A stretch of DNA of 64,000 nucleotides from Vicugna vicugna (taxonomy: Eukaryota), in assembly GCA_013265495.1 (NCBI GenBank), contig MU058423.1, positions 3,549,061 through 3,613,060 of the forward strand, given 5' to 3'. This document shows positions 50,885-63,764 of the stretch, one piece after another. The notes beneath the pieces were generated by a model, which ran no database searches, was not told where the DNA came from, and saw nothing but the letters and a program-made list of their open reading frames with translations. The stretch's first letter is position 1. Each line of letters begins with the position of its first letter. Both the position numbers and the translations under genes were made by a program.

Positions 50885-51330
50885 CTCAGTACTACATTTG
50901 AAACGCACCGTGAGAAACTGGGGCATGTCTTGAGAGGGGAAATCAGAAGGAGCCCAGCTCAGGAAATCATGTCACATTAGGAAGGAAAGAAGAAACTGGG
51001 AGAAGGAAAACCTCTGAGTGGCCCTGACTACTGTCATCGAGGAGTTGAAAGGCTGTCCTGTAGAGGAGTGATTAGATTTACTGTGCTTGGCTCCAGAAGG
51101 CAGGCCAAAGAGTAGCAATTCAGAGGAAGATGATTTCATCTTGGTTTAAAGGAAGAAGTGTCTAACAATGAGCTTCCACCACATTTGAAAGGGTCGCCAT
51201 GTGATGTGGGGTGCTCTTCTAGAGTTTACCGAGAGGTTGAATGATCAGGTCTTTAAATGATTTTAGAACATTATAGCCCTACTCTGGACAGGAGGCCTGA
51301 TATCATCACGATCTTTATGATCTCTTTCTA
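50885..51330 (+). mobile_element. L3/CR1 LINE 3' fragment
   Basis: ttgaaaggctgtcctgtagaggagtgattagatttactgtgcttggctccagaaggcagg...aaggaagaagtgtctaacaatgagc. Confidence 0.75.
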
Positions 51331-53144
51331 GTCTTAGATTCTAGAAAATTCTTCGATGTGAACATTAAAGATAATTTTAAAAAAACCTGAAAAAAATTCC
51401 TTGGTATATATTGACCTTTTCTTGGGCAAAACAAAGTGTTGGTCTTTTTTTTTTTTTTTTTTTATTAATGGCAGGGGTTTTTTTCCCCTTAAATTAATAA
51501 TCAAGGGCATCCTTCGTTGTATATATTTATAGCTTAACACATTAATAACAATGTTTATAGACCCTGACATTTTGAGAACGATCTATTAGTTAATCCTCAC
51601 AGTGTTTCTGTTTATGTAGGTCAGTATTTTTACAGGAGAAACTTGAAAAACAGAGAAATCTATGCGACTTCAGGAAGGTCACAGCTTAAGTCAGCATGCA
51701 GCCAAAAATAACCAGTTGCCATAATTTGACAGGTACACTTTTTGAGCAACAAACCCCAGCTGAACACGTAACACAGAGCATACACATAAATGCAGTGCCT
51801 GCTCAAATGTCTTTCCACGGAAACCAAGGCAGACGACAATGAGCACAGAAAGAAGGCGGCTTATGTCCTTTAGGAGAGGCAGTAGCTATAACCTCGTCTT
51901 CCATTGCTGGATTCTTTAAGGCCTTGGAAGGAAACTACAATATAACCCTTGAAGAATGACTTGACTGTAAACATGTTTAAAATTTTGGAGACATCAAAAA
52001 AAAAAAAAAAGAGCTTTAAGGAATAACTAGCCAAAAGCTAGGGGTGGCTTTAGGAAAAGGTAGTAGGGCTAATTACTAGATAATTTTTAGGAACTAGATG
52101 CAAAAATGCTCATATCTGCCCAGAGCTGCACAACATGGGGGATGGTGACTGGAAGAGTAGGAACCTGGTCTCCAAGGACACAAAGCCTCCCTGTTTGGGG
52201 GGTGCACGGAGAAGGCAATTGGCGACATCTGCAGGTGTTTAGGAATGCATAATTATTTTTATTTTTCAAATTACTGTTATTATTTTGGTCTGTTCTGACC
52301 TTTTAAAGAGAGTAAACAGAAAATACGGTACAAACTATTAAGCATTTCTGAGAGGATCTGGGCAGAAAAAAGAGCACCCTGCCATTGATTAGGAGAGGTG
52401 TGGAGGTGAAGGACCCCTTCTCTGAGAACACGGTACGAAATGAGGAGTCTCCAGGAAGTTTGGGGCGCACAGGACCTGACTTTAGACTTCAGAGGGAGTG
52501 GAAAGTTTCTTCTTCAAATAAAAGATAGAAACAGTGTTGGATTCAGTGGTCATGGTTTAAGAATTGATGTTTATAGTGTGGGAAGAGGAGCTATCTGCTT
52601 ATACTTAAGTTTTAAGCCTTATTCTCAATTGTGTGTCATACTGTTTACCAGTGGACTTATGTGTTCTATTACATTTCCATAGAAAGCGCTTGTGTTCTGA
52701 ATGGTAGACTGACAGCTGTGGCACAGATACCCTCACCTGGACAGGTGGACCACGTGACTGTGGCCCATAGAATCACACTTCCCTGGGGTATATATTCATC
52801 AAAGTATAGAAATGAATGTGTCTCTAAGCAGCAAGTATAAGCCAAGAGCCCATCCTCAGACTCTGGCACCTTCATGTTTACCTCCATCTCAGGCCTTTGG
52901 GTAATGATCACTTTTCTATTTAAATAGATTGTCAATGAATAGGTAAAATTTCACAGATTAAAAAATGTTTGGTGGTGAAATCAGGCAAAAGGAAGAATGT
53001 CCTTGTTGCCATCTAGGGTAACTGCAATGGAGACAAAGAATTAAGTAAAGGTGAGGGGCAGACCGTGGTCTGGGCTGATGACCCTCTAACGCTGTCTTCA
53101 CCAGAATCACTGAAAAGGCTCATTCAAAAGCGCACAAACCCAGA

Positions 53145-55235
53145 TGCTGCCTAAGAAGACACACAGCAGGCCAAGAAGCGTGTGAAAAGATGCTCAGCGT
53201 CAGCATCACTCTCCATCAGGGAACTGCAAAATAAAACAGCCGTGAGATATTACTGCAGACCTGTTAGAACTGTTAAAATTCAAAGCCCTGGCAATATCAA
53301 ATGCCAGTGAGAATGCAGAGCATCAGGGACTCTCATTCATTGCTGATGGGAGTGCGAGATGAACAATCACTTTGGAAGACAGTCTGGCAGCTTCTTACAA
53401 AGCAAAATTCGTCTTACCGTATGATTTAGTGATCACACTCCTAGGTATTGGCTGAATTGAGTTGAAAATTTATGTGCATGCAAAAACTCTCACAAAAAGG
53501 TTCACAGCAGTTTTAATTGTAATTGCCAAAAACTGGAAGCAAGTCTTTTAACAAGTGAATGGATAAACAAACTGTGGTACATCCATACAGTGGAGTATTT
53601 ATTACTCAGCAATAAAAAGAAATGTGCTGTCAAGCTATGAAAAGACAAGGAGAAACTAAGTGTATATTGCTGAGCGAAAGAAGCCAGTTTGAAAAGGCTC
53701 CTATACACCACTTCAGTATCTTGCAGTAACCTATAATGAAAAAGAACATGAAAAGAAATATATGTATGTATATATATGACTGAAACACTATGCTGCACAC
53801 CAGAAATTGACACAGCATTGTAAACTGACTATACTTTAATTTAAAAAAAATTTTTTTAAAAAGGAAAATAAATTTGGGGGGAAAAAGTGAACCTTAATAT
53901 GTGCAAATGAAAAAAATCATTTAGGAAGTCAGGGGATTCCAAGAAAGATCGTAGATTGTGATGAGAGAATTTAACTGCGTTACAAGTGTATAAAACACTC
54001 TCTTTGAAGGAATAAGTGGCTTTGGAAATGAGTGGGGTCTGTAAGACCAAAGGCCAGAGGGTGTGAACATAATGCTGGACTCTAGTCAAAAAAGCTGTTT
54101 CTCATGGACATAAGCATTAATAATCCTGATACTGCTGCACGTGTGTGCTGGGACCAGACAATTTAGTGAATGGATGGTGCGCAGCAGGAATCGAGTTTCT
54201 TCCCGTTGGAGTGGGAGACTCCAGAAAAGCAAGAGGATCATCCCTATGGTAATGGGCTAGAATTTGAGGCTTTGGTAAAAACTCATGTTAATGTGGATGG
54301 TTAATATGGAAATATTTATAGATATATACATGCCTCCACACACACACATGCACACATACACTAAAGGGGTATGTCAAATGTGCACAGAAGCCAACTAAAA
54401 GAACTCCCAGTGGCCGAAGCTTGAACATTTTAGCAACAAAATAAAGTAGCTTTAGATGATAATGCAACATATAAAATAAATTAAAATAAATATCCATGGT
54501 ATAATTTATATCAGTGCACTAATGAATTGGGAAGAGATAAATTCCCCATCCAGACAGATTCCAAATAAATCATGAGATCCTCCATCCTAAAGGAGGGGCA
54601 GCATAACCCCTACTCCTTACTTATGGCTGTACAAAGTGACTTCCTTCCAAAGAGAGCAACGTGGAAAGGGGAGAAAGTAACTTTTCACTGGAGAAACACA
54701 CTATCTCAGTCGATGATCAACGTCAACAACAGTCCCCAGTCATGTTGATGGTATGTACCCTTGATATGTTGTGATGAAAGTGGAGCTTTACCTCAGATCC
54801 CCCTCCCCAAAACTCAGAACCCACGGTATAATCATGAGAAAAATCAGACAAATTCCAATAGACAGCCTTCCTACAAAACACCTGACTCATTTGCCTCAGA
54901 ACTGTCAAGGGCATCAAAAACAAGTCTGAGAAACTGTCCAGCTAAGAGGAGCCTCAGGTCACTTGACAGCTACATGCATAATGTAGTATCCTGGAATAGA
55001 AGAAGGGCATTGGGTACGAACAAAGGAAATGCAAATAAGCTACAGAAGTTGGTTAATAATAACATATCAATATTGGTTCCTTAACTGTAACAAAGGTACC
55101 ATTCTAGTGTAAGATGTTAATAGGGGAAACTCTTTGTGGGGGGAGCGCATTTATATGGTAACTCTCTGTATTAGCACCTTAATTTCTATAAATGTAGAAC
55201 TGATCTAAATAATAAAGTCTAGTAATAAATCAATT
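53145..55235 (+). mobile_element. Old L1 (L1MC-like), ORF2 end and long 3'UTR
   Basis: aagaagacacacagcaggccaagaagcgtgtgaaaagatgctcagc...gaatggataaacaaactgtggtacatccatacagtggag...aagatgttaataggggaaac...aactctctgtatt. Confidence 0.85.
53712..53855 (+). mobile_element. Short young L1 3' end nested in L1MC
   Basis: cagtatcttgcagtaacctataatg...tgctgcacaccagaaattgacacagcattgtaaactgactatacttt, then an A tract. Confidence 0.85.
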
Positions 55236-57607
55236 TTTAAAAATACAAATTCCCAGCTCTCACTCCCCAGGTGGTTCTGATACCATATCAGAGTATGAAA
55301 ATTACTTATCTCAAAAATGCTTCAAAGCCAAGAGAAGCCTTAAATTCTTGACCTCTTACTGGGTCAGTATTTCTTAAAAATATACTAAAAAGCAAACATA
55401 AGATTGTAGTGAATTTTGCATACGTGGCTTTTCTGACATCTGTCTTCTTGGCTGGGTAGATCAGGTGCAGCAAGAAGCTGTCTGATGCTGGAGTGGGAGG
55501 CAAGTTCCATGTCACAGTAATGGTAACATGATGGGACGTAGATACCATGATGCCTTTTTGTCCATTTGCAACATATTTAAAAATGATTGGCCAACCAGAT
55601 TTCTTTATAATATAATTGTCAAGGTGTGTACCAGGCTTAGATATAATGAAGTATTGATATTTATAGGTAAGTGCCATTAATCATGATACAATCATTCTGG
55701 ATTTTAGGAGCAGCTACAAATGGCTGGAGAGAACTGTCTGCTTACAGCTGAGTGTGAGTTATGGTCCGTGTGTGCACCCTCTGCAAGCAGACAACAGCTG
55801 TTTGGTTGCAGGATGAACCAGGCCAATCAGGAATTATAGAATTATTATTTCTTTGCCCAGACTGTAATCAGAACTCCCTGGCTTCTGCAAGATTGGCCTG
55901 TAATGTGAGTGAAGAGACAAGATTCTACCCAATAGGAATAAGCTCTTTTCGCATGGTCTCTCCAGTTGGACTGAGCCACGTGGTTTTGAGTATGCTTTTG
56001 ATCTCACCATGAAAGATGTTCTAGAAATGCTGAGCAAGGCTGTCCATTGTATCTGTAGCATATCAGGGGGTGGTTACAACAGAAGCTGGATAGCAGAGAG
56101 CAGATGCAGACCTGGAAACCAATGATGATCATCTCTAATCTGCAACTAACTAAAAACGGGGTGATCGCGAGCAAATTAATGACCCTGAGTCCTAGACTCA
56201 AGCCAGGACCCAGTAATGAGAATCCCCAGTTATGGGACTTAAGGGTCAGTCTTTTTTCTTTTTTTTTTTTTTGGAAGTATCCAGGTAATTCTAATGTGCA
56301 TCCAGGTGCAAGTACTGCTGACGAGTAACTGATCTGTAAGTTCCCTTCCAGACCTGAAATGCAAACTGAAGACCTAAATTTTGGCAGATGACAGATCATC
56401 AGCTGTCCTAGCTCCTTTCCCTTGTTACTTTATTTTTTTTCTTTTTCTTTTTTTCTTTAGATCCTGCATCAGCAGACATCTATAGCCTTAAATTCAGGAT
56501 CTGGAATGATACATCCAGCCCAGGGCTGGCACTTCCTGCCTCCCAGGACAAGCTGGAACTGTGTGTCAGTCCCTTACTGCTCTTTCCTTACCATTTTAAT
56601 GAACTTCTTGCTATTTAAAAATCAGCTTGGCAGTATGCCCTCTCTGGGCCCATTTGCTCATTGCTAACAGCATTTATCACCCTAATTAGAATGAGTGTTG
56701 ACTTTCATTTCAGTCCTATAATTTAGGGTGCTGGAGCTGCCAAGTTGAAGTCAGTTTTGTTTGTGGCATCTGAATCTTACCAAAGTGACCCTGACAGTTA
56801 AAACCTTGTGTAGGTTCCTATTTCTGTTCTATTAAAGGGTATTTTTTGTCATTAAAGGATTTTTATTCTATATTAAGGGATACTTTTCCTATTACTTAGG
56901 TTACCAATTATAATCATATATGTTAAAAGCTAAAAATATTCTCCAGAATAAATTAATGAATGCATGATAACCTATCTCCATTGGAAATATTTCATATATT
57001 CATATTATTATTATTTCATAACATCCAGGACATAGAATCATGGAATCTTAGGAGGGGAGTTATAGGGTCATCAGTTTCCTACAAAATAAAGAACTCTAAC
57101 GTCGCCAAGTGAGCACGCACCTGTCTTCCAAACAGTTCTAATGACTATAATTTGTTACTATATTCATTCCTGAGTGATTTGTTTCTTCTAAGCAGTTATT
57201 TTAAACTTTGAAATTTCCAATGCATATGCTAAATTCAAGGATTACACAGATTTGGGGGGAAAATTATGATTTATGTCCCCACGACTTAGTGCAGGAAGCA
57301 GGCAAGACACCAACTATAACAATACAATGAGATAGATACTCTTATAGGCAAAGATTTTTTTTGGGAGCTCCCAAACTGTGAAATAATTAATTTTGCTTGA
57401 GACTGGGAGAGAGGAAAAAGATCAGGGAAGTTTCACAGAGGAGATGGTATATGAACTAGATGTTAAAGAATGAGTAGATTTTCAGGCGGAAAAGATAGAA
57501 TAGAAAGAAGGTAACGGTGGTACAATATGGTATCTCATGATTAAAACCTCATTTTATCCTTGGTATCCCTCTAATTATTTCTCTCTCCCTTTCCCTAAGA
57601 CAAGAAA

Positions 57608-57792
57608 TAGTTTTGTTACTCAAAATATGGTCCATGAACCAGGAGCTAGAAAGACTGTAGACTCTCAGATTCCACCCCAGATCTACTGAAGCAGCATTTG
57701 CACTTTGACATGATTCCCAGGTAATTTGTATATATATATATATATATATTATATATACAAATAATACATATATTAAAGTTTGAGAGGCATTG
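57608..57792. mobile_element. MER5A1-like MITE with (TA)n expansion
   Basis: gttactcaaaatatggtcc...ccaccccagatctactgaagcagcatttgcactttgacatgattcccaggtaattt...attaaagtttgagaggcattg. Confidence 0.75.
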
Positions 57793-57834
57793 GGCTACAT
57801 CTTGTGTACAGATCTCTTTATCTCCCATTTAATC

Positions 57835-58655
57835 TTTTTAAAAGAGTTATTGTATTTTATAACGAACTATTGCACGTATATAGATAGTTTTAACAATCAA
57901 ATAATTCTGTGAGGTTCTTAACAGAAAGTGGCAGGCCCGTTTTCTATCCCTCCCCATCCCCAACTAACCACTTCCTAGAATCAGGCACTTTTACATCTTT
58001 TAGCTATTTATTCTCATATTTACCTCCAGCTCTAAACTTAATATGGTCATATTACTATTTATAGATTTATCCATTTTAGAACTAATCTATACGTCTTGTC
58101 ACTGATGGTGAGAATTTAACTTTTTTACATTACTACTTTTAGTTTCCTTCCTTCCCCTCCTTCCGAAATAATTATATATTCAATTTTGGTTAAACTAATA
58201 TTTAGTGTTAATAGTGTTATGACTATAAACATTGTTCATTAAACCAAGTAGTGTACTTTAAAATTTTTTCCTAGAGTTAATTATTGCCTTGCTTTTTATT
58301 TGTTTAGGGGGGTTTTAGTACCTTTATCTGTACGTAATCTTCCTTATCTCTCCAGTGGAACTATAAAAATCCTCTGAACATAGACAAACTATTTTATCAG
58401 TTCCATTTGTTTTCCTTGGAGTCCTCTCTTAAATTCCTATTTCCTCCTATTCTAATCTGGGCTGGCTGCTCTATAGTCAGCTAACATAGCTGTCATCCTA
58501 GGACCTCCTGTTCCTATCATCTTGGAAAATTCTTTTGCCTTTCTTATGTCCTGAATTCTCAGTATCTAGGATCTCATGATCTTCTGCTTTGCGGCTTAAT
58601 CTTTCATTTTTGTGGGGCATATCCTCCAAAAGCTTCTGGAAAGAGATGCATGCCA
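57835..58655 (-). mobile_element. Ancient L1ME/L1MD-like 3'UTR (probably resumes about 62180-62420)
   Basis: Degenerate T-rich L1 3'UTR-like sequence flanking the ERVL. Confidence 0.45.
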
Positions 58656-58664
58656 GGTATATGT

Positions 58665-59060
58665 CTGTTGGCATTCAGTACTGTTCATGGTCAGTCTCCT
58701 CCTGTATGTAGACGCAGGAATTCTGGGAACTACATTTCCCAGAATTCTTTGTCAGCAACATTCTTGTTTAGAGTAAGCTAATGAAAGTACTCATAAAGGA
58801 TTTGAAAGGAGGAAGTGAGATAGAGTTTATTCTTCTTTCATAAGAAATAGTGATAGATTAATGTGAGCTTCTGCAAGTGGCTTTCGCACATTCACTTTAG
58901 ACCTAGCCGCGGTTGCTTTACTAGCATCTTTATGTGATTTCCTGATTGATGGGCAGCTCCTACCCACTTCTCTAGACCTTTCAACAATATGAGATCACTG
59001 TATTAGATCACTTCCTGCTTAGACTACCTATAACAGGTTTTTTTTCCAGGCTGAACACTT
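58665..59060 (+). mobile_element. ERVL 5' LTR (LTR33/LTR16 family)
   Basis: ctgggaactacatttcccagaattctttgtcagc...cttcctgcttagactacctataacaggtttttttttccaggctgaacac, directly followed by ERVL internal sequence. Confidence 0.65.
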
Positions 59061-59565
59061 ACCAAGAGTGGTTCCAAGAACAAGATCTTTGAAAATAGGA
59101 ATGTAGGCTTTGTTATTGGAGTTGCTATATTTGAAGTAGTGGTGACCTACTTAGTAGTGATACTGATTAATGACAAAAAAGTTACATAAATTACCTGTAT
59201 TGCATAGAACGAAGTGCCTAATATTAAGGGTACAGTTTTGGGAGACCAAGGGATTGCTGTAATATGTGGATATTGTTGGAGTGAGAACTACAGGGCGTGT
59301 GAGGTAGATTAAATATTTCTCAGTGCATTGGAGAGATTACAGAAAGAAGTGATGACCTCAAGATTCTAAAATGTCTACTTAAGACACTGTCAGAAAATCA
59401 GAGTGCTACTGTGACTTCCACAAAATAACGTCTTTTAGAATTACAGGACCAGCGTGACCAAACACCAGACTAAAATTTCGCTCTTTTACATGAAGAATTG
59501 CAAAACAGGTGAATTCACTATTTTATGAGATCTGCTATATGAAAGTTAAAATTAGCAAAGAGTGT

Positions 59566-59947
59566 GTTATGGTCTGAATCATATCACCCCAAAATTCATA
59601 TGGGGAAGCCCTTACTCCCAAAGTGACTCTATTTGGAGACAAGTTCTTTAAAGAGGCAGTTAAGGTTAAATGGGGTCATAAGGGTGGAGCCCTAATCCAA
59701 CATGACTGATGCCCTTAGAAAAAGAGGAAGAGACACCAGGGAAGACTGGCACAGAGTAAAGACAACATGAAGACACAGGGAGAAGGCAGCCATCTGCAAG
59801 GCAAGGAGAGGGGCCACAGGAGAAATGAAACCTGCCAACACCTTGATCTTGAACTTCCACCCTCCAGAACAATAGGAAATAAATTTCTGTTGTTTAAGTC
59901 ACCCTATCAGTGGTATTTTGTTATGACAGCCCTAGCAAAATAATACA
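59566..59947 (+). mobile_element. MaLR LTR (MLT1B-like)
   Basis: tgttatggtctgaat...ccccaaaattcatatg...aaggttaaatggggtcataagggtggagccctaatccaa...tttgttatgacagccctagcaaaataataca. Confidence 0.9.
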
Positions 59948-60590
59948 TCCTATCAGAGGATACTGCCTCTGTCAAAACTTGGGGAAAGACATTGGCCACA
60001 GGAGCCCAGCTTTCTTGGAAAGCTCTCTCCTTGCTGTCATTAAAGACTGTGCTGACAGCTGAAGATGCTGACGTAGAAATGGGCTCTTTGATTTCAATGT
60101 GGATGACGGATCTCAGAGTCACAGACCAAGTAGATACTGCCAAGACAAGACTGACTAGTGATAATCAGAGTGGTTTAATTACAGACATTTTTGAATATGG
60201 CCAAGTGATCATGGTGTCCCTAAGACTGAAATAGATGGGCAGTTTTACTTTTATGTAACAAGGTTTTACTTTATATATAAAATGTAAAAGTTCTAGGTCT
60301 GTGAGTAGAGGCTTAATTTTAATCACAATGGAGAGTTAATGCTATTCATCCTATTTCCAGACCTGAGCCAGTTCTCAAATCTGGAACTCTTTGAACAGTA
60401 GGACAAGCCTGTCTTCTGGAGGAAGAAACCTGTGACATTGCAACAGCTGTATATTGTAAATCTTCTACAGAAAAATGCCCAGACTTTTCTGGGATTACTA
60501 TATACTGCCTCTGAACTGACACTATTTTCTAGGGTTCCAAAATGCCACAATGGTCCACAGTTAGGGTAGAAGTCCACGCAGGTCTGATGA

Positions 60591-61150
60591 TGTAGTGGAT
60601 TTTATTACTTTTGCCAAATATTCCATTTTCTCTCCCTGCGGTGCCTTCAAGATGGCAGAATTATATGTTGAACCGCAGAGTGGCATGTGATTTGCTTTGA
60701 CTATGAAATGCGGGCAGTAATGACATATGCCATTTGGAGCAAAAGCTTTAAGACACTTTTTTTTTATTGAAGTATAGTCAGTTACAATGTATCAATTTCT
60801 GGTGTACAGCATAATGTCCCAGTCATGCACATATATACCTATATTTGTTTTCATATTCTTTTTCTTTAAAGGTTATTACTAGATATTGAATATAGTTCCC
60901 TGTGCTGTACAGAAGAAATTTGTTAGTCACATTTTTTAAAATGCTTTTCCATGTTTCTCTTCCCTCTCTTACAAGACGGGCAATGATCCAGACAGCAGCT
61001 ACTAGCCTGGAGTGAAGACACTGTAGGGTACAGCCATATCTATCTAATGATAACTTGTAAAATGAATAAGAAATTATGATTTGTTTTTGTAAGGCGCCGA
61101 TTCTTGTGGTTATTTGTTATTGTTGCATAACATAGACCATTTTGACAAAA
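60591..61150 (+). mobile_element. MaLR LTR (MLT1I/J-like) containing an L1 fragment
   Basis: ggcatgtgatttgctttgactatgaaatg...gcaaaagctttaaga [L1] ...gttatttgttattgttgcataacatagacc. Confidence 0.7.
60757..60922 (-). mobile_element. Short young L1 3' end
   Basis: Poly-T, then attgaagtatagtcagttacaatgtatcaatttctggtgtacagc...tgtgctgtacagaagaaattt. Confidence 0.9.
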
Positions 61151-61426
61151 ATAGGTGGTAAGTGGAGTTTTACCCCAAGTCTCCATCACAGTGGGCCCAC
61201 TGGATCCACAGTTGTGTCTTGTGGTTATTTCCCCAGGACCTAAATGTGTAGTTGGAATAGACATATTAAGAAACTAGCAAATTATATTCACTCTGACATG
61301 CAGTTTAAGGTTTGTTACAGTAGAATGGACAAATTTGTAAACCAAAAGCAATATTGAATCCTAGGGGAACTGCAGAGATTAATGTTACCATCAAAGACTT
61401 GAAAGATGCATGGGTGGTGATTCCTA

Positions 61427-61899
61427 CAGGCAAACCTCAGAGGTATTGCAGGTTTGGTTCCAGACCACTGCAGTAAAGCCAGTCACGTGAAGTTTTCGGT
61501 TTCCCAGTGTGAAAGTTACGTTTACACTATACTGTAGTCTATGAAGTGTGCACGAGCAATATGTTTTTAAGATGTGCATGCCCTAATTGAAAAATATTTT
61601 ATTGCTGAAAAATGCTAATCATCATCTGTGCCTTCGATGAGTTATAATAGTAAAATCAAAGATCACTGTTCATAGATCACCACAGCAAATACAGTGATAA
61701 TGAGAGAGTTTGAAATACTGTGAGAATTACCAAAATGTGACACAGAGACAAGAAGTGAGTAAATGCTGTTGGGGAAAAAATGGTGTCATAGACTTGCTTG
61801 ATGCAGGGTTACCACAGCCTTTAATTTGCAAAAAAAAAAGAAAAAAAAAGTAATCTGTGAAGCAGAGTAAAGCGAAATGCAATGAAACAGGCATGCCTG
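61427..61899 (-). mobile_element. Non-autonomous Tigger1 derivative (Tigger1a_Art-like)
   Basis: Ends ta-caggcaaacctcagaggtattgcaggtttggttccagaccactgc and gcgaaatgcaatgaaacaggcatgcctg; about 470 bp; interrupts the ERVL RT. Confidence 0.88.
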
Positions 61900-62732
61900 T
61901 TACTTCTTCACTTACCTTGTCCATCTGGCCTGTGCAGAAGACAGATCTATCCTGGATAATGAGAGTAGCTTGTTATAAACTTAATTAGGTGATGCGTTTT
62001 ATTTCTTCTGTTGTTCCGAATATTTTCTCTTTGCTGGAATAAATCAACACAGCTCCTCACACCTCGTATGCAGCTGTTGGTCTGGAGGATACTTTGTTTC
62101 CTTAAACTGAGTAGCGAAGACCAGCAGAGCAGTTTGCTTTTACGTGACAGGGACAGTAATACATCTCACTGTCTGCTTACCTGATTACTGCCCCAGATCC
62201 AGCAATGCATCCTCTACTTGCCGACTTTGAGTTGGGCCTCTCTCGATTCTGTGAAGAATGGCTCTGCCTCTGCTTCTACTCCCTCTGTTATTCTAGGTTT
62301 CTGGAATTTTTGTTTGTTCATTAGTTTTTTTTTGTTTCCCAACTTTGGCTGCCTGTATGATTCGACTCACATCCCATCAAAAAGCCTGTCAAAGGCATTT
62401 GTCTGATGCCACCTTGTCTTAACTTCATCACATCTATAGATTTATTCTTTTTAGAGTAGTGAGCATGTTGGTAATCAGAAATTCTCTATAAAGATTTGAA
62501 AATTTGTTATTGTGAGAAAATTACACTTTCTAGGGAACTCCACACATTTCTACTTTAAGGGGAAAAGTAGAGAAACACTAGATCTTTTAGAAATTCTTGA
62601 GTGGATCTGATGCAGCTCACAGGGAAGAACTGACACTCCAGTTTCTCCTTAGAGTGGTGAGATATTATAGCAGGGGTGCTGGGAATGGAAGACAGACAGG
62701 AAGCTGAGGGAGCAGGCGTGCGTGAAAGTTGA

Positions 62733-62778
62733 GACACACACACACACACACACACAGGGGTGGGAGAGAGAGAGAGAA
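62733..62778. repeat. (CA)n then (GA)n microsatellite
   Basis: acacacacacacacacacacacac...gagagagagagagaag. Confidence 0.9.
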
Positions 62779-63764
62779 GGTGCAGAAAGATGGGAGACTG
62801 AGAGAAATAGGGATAGATGCTGCTGTAGGTGGAGGAGATAGATAAAAGAGGTGATAGAAAAAGAGAATGTTACAGATGTTCACTGTTAATTAAGAATGCA
62901 TTCCCCACTATCTTACTTACATGTCAAAAAAATTTTTTTTCAACAAGAAACCATGTTGAGGTGATAATTTAGGAACTGGGCATTTATGTGGGTTACATCT
63001 GTATATCTTTATTCTATTTCAATGGGTTCTGGTAGAGAGGAAGTCAAACATGTGCCTAGTCTGTCCTTTTGAACTGGTTTTGAATTACACACTGAAAAAC
63101 ATCTGGATGGCTTCCTACTATTTTCTCATTGACTTTAAGGGTCATTCCCTTTTGTTGCAGTATTTAACTTGTTTATTCCAACTTAAATACTAGGATCATT
63201 CTTTATAATGGAAAATATGGAAACAAAAGTGGACAAATATATGGAAACAAAACATGGAAACAAAAGTGTCTTCTGTCTACTCTGTATTGAGATTGTGCCA
63301 TATTACACAAGCTCTCATTGCTGTTAGTTTGTGGGGTACTTATGGAGGCTTTTAGACTTCTGACATAATTTTTACAGATACAGAATTAAGGAAAACAGTT
63401 ACTGTTTCTACCCTTCTACAAAGCCTATACTTGTAAGTATTCATTACAGGTTTTATGTGTCTATGTCTATTCTTTTTTTTTAATGTATAGTTTTAAGTCT
63501 GAGCTAATCAGAGAGATTTTATGCAATCTTCTTTATTACTTTAAATTTCTCTACCTTCCTCCAACAAAGGACAGGATATCTAGGACTATATACCTAAAAT
63601 TTCATACTTTTAAAATACCTAAGCCCTCTTGTGACAAATTCCTCTTTAGGATCTCTGATCATATCCATCTTTTCTCTAAAATAATCAAATATCCTATTTT
63701 CTCAAGCACCTGGTACACGTCTAACAGTCTGCAGCTTTCTTTTCTTTCCCTATTAAAGATTCTA

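Larger units (their letters stand above)
59061..62175 (+). mobile_element. Decayed ERVL provirus internal region (gag-pro-RT), interrupted by four insertions
   Basis: Nucleotide and peptide similarity to ERVL: gacctgagccagttctcaaatctggaactc; protease-like VVISPGPKCVVGIDIL; RT-like aaccaaaagcaatat..TIKDLKDAWVVIP, IWPVQKTD, LLE*INTAPHTSYAAV, QFAFT*QGQ*Y. Confidence 0.85.
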
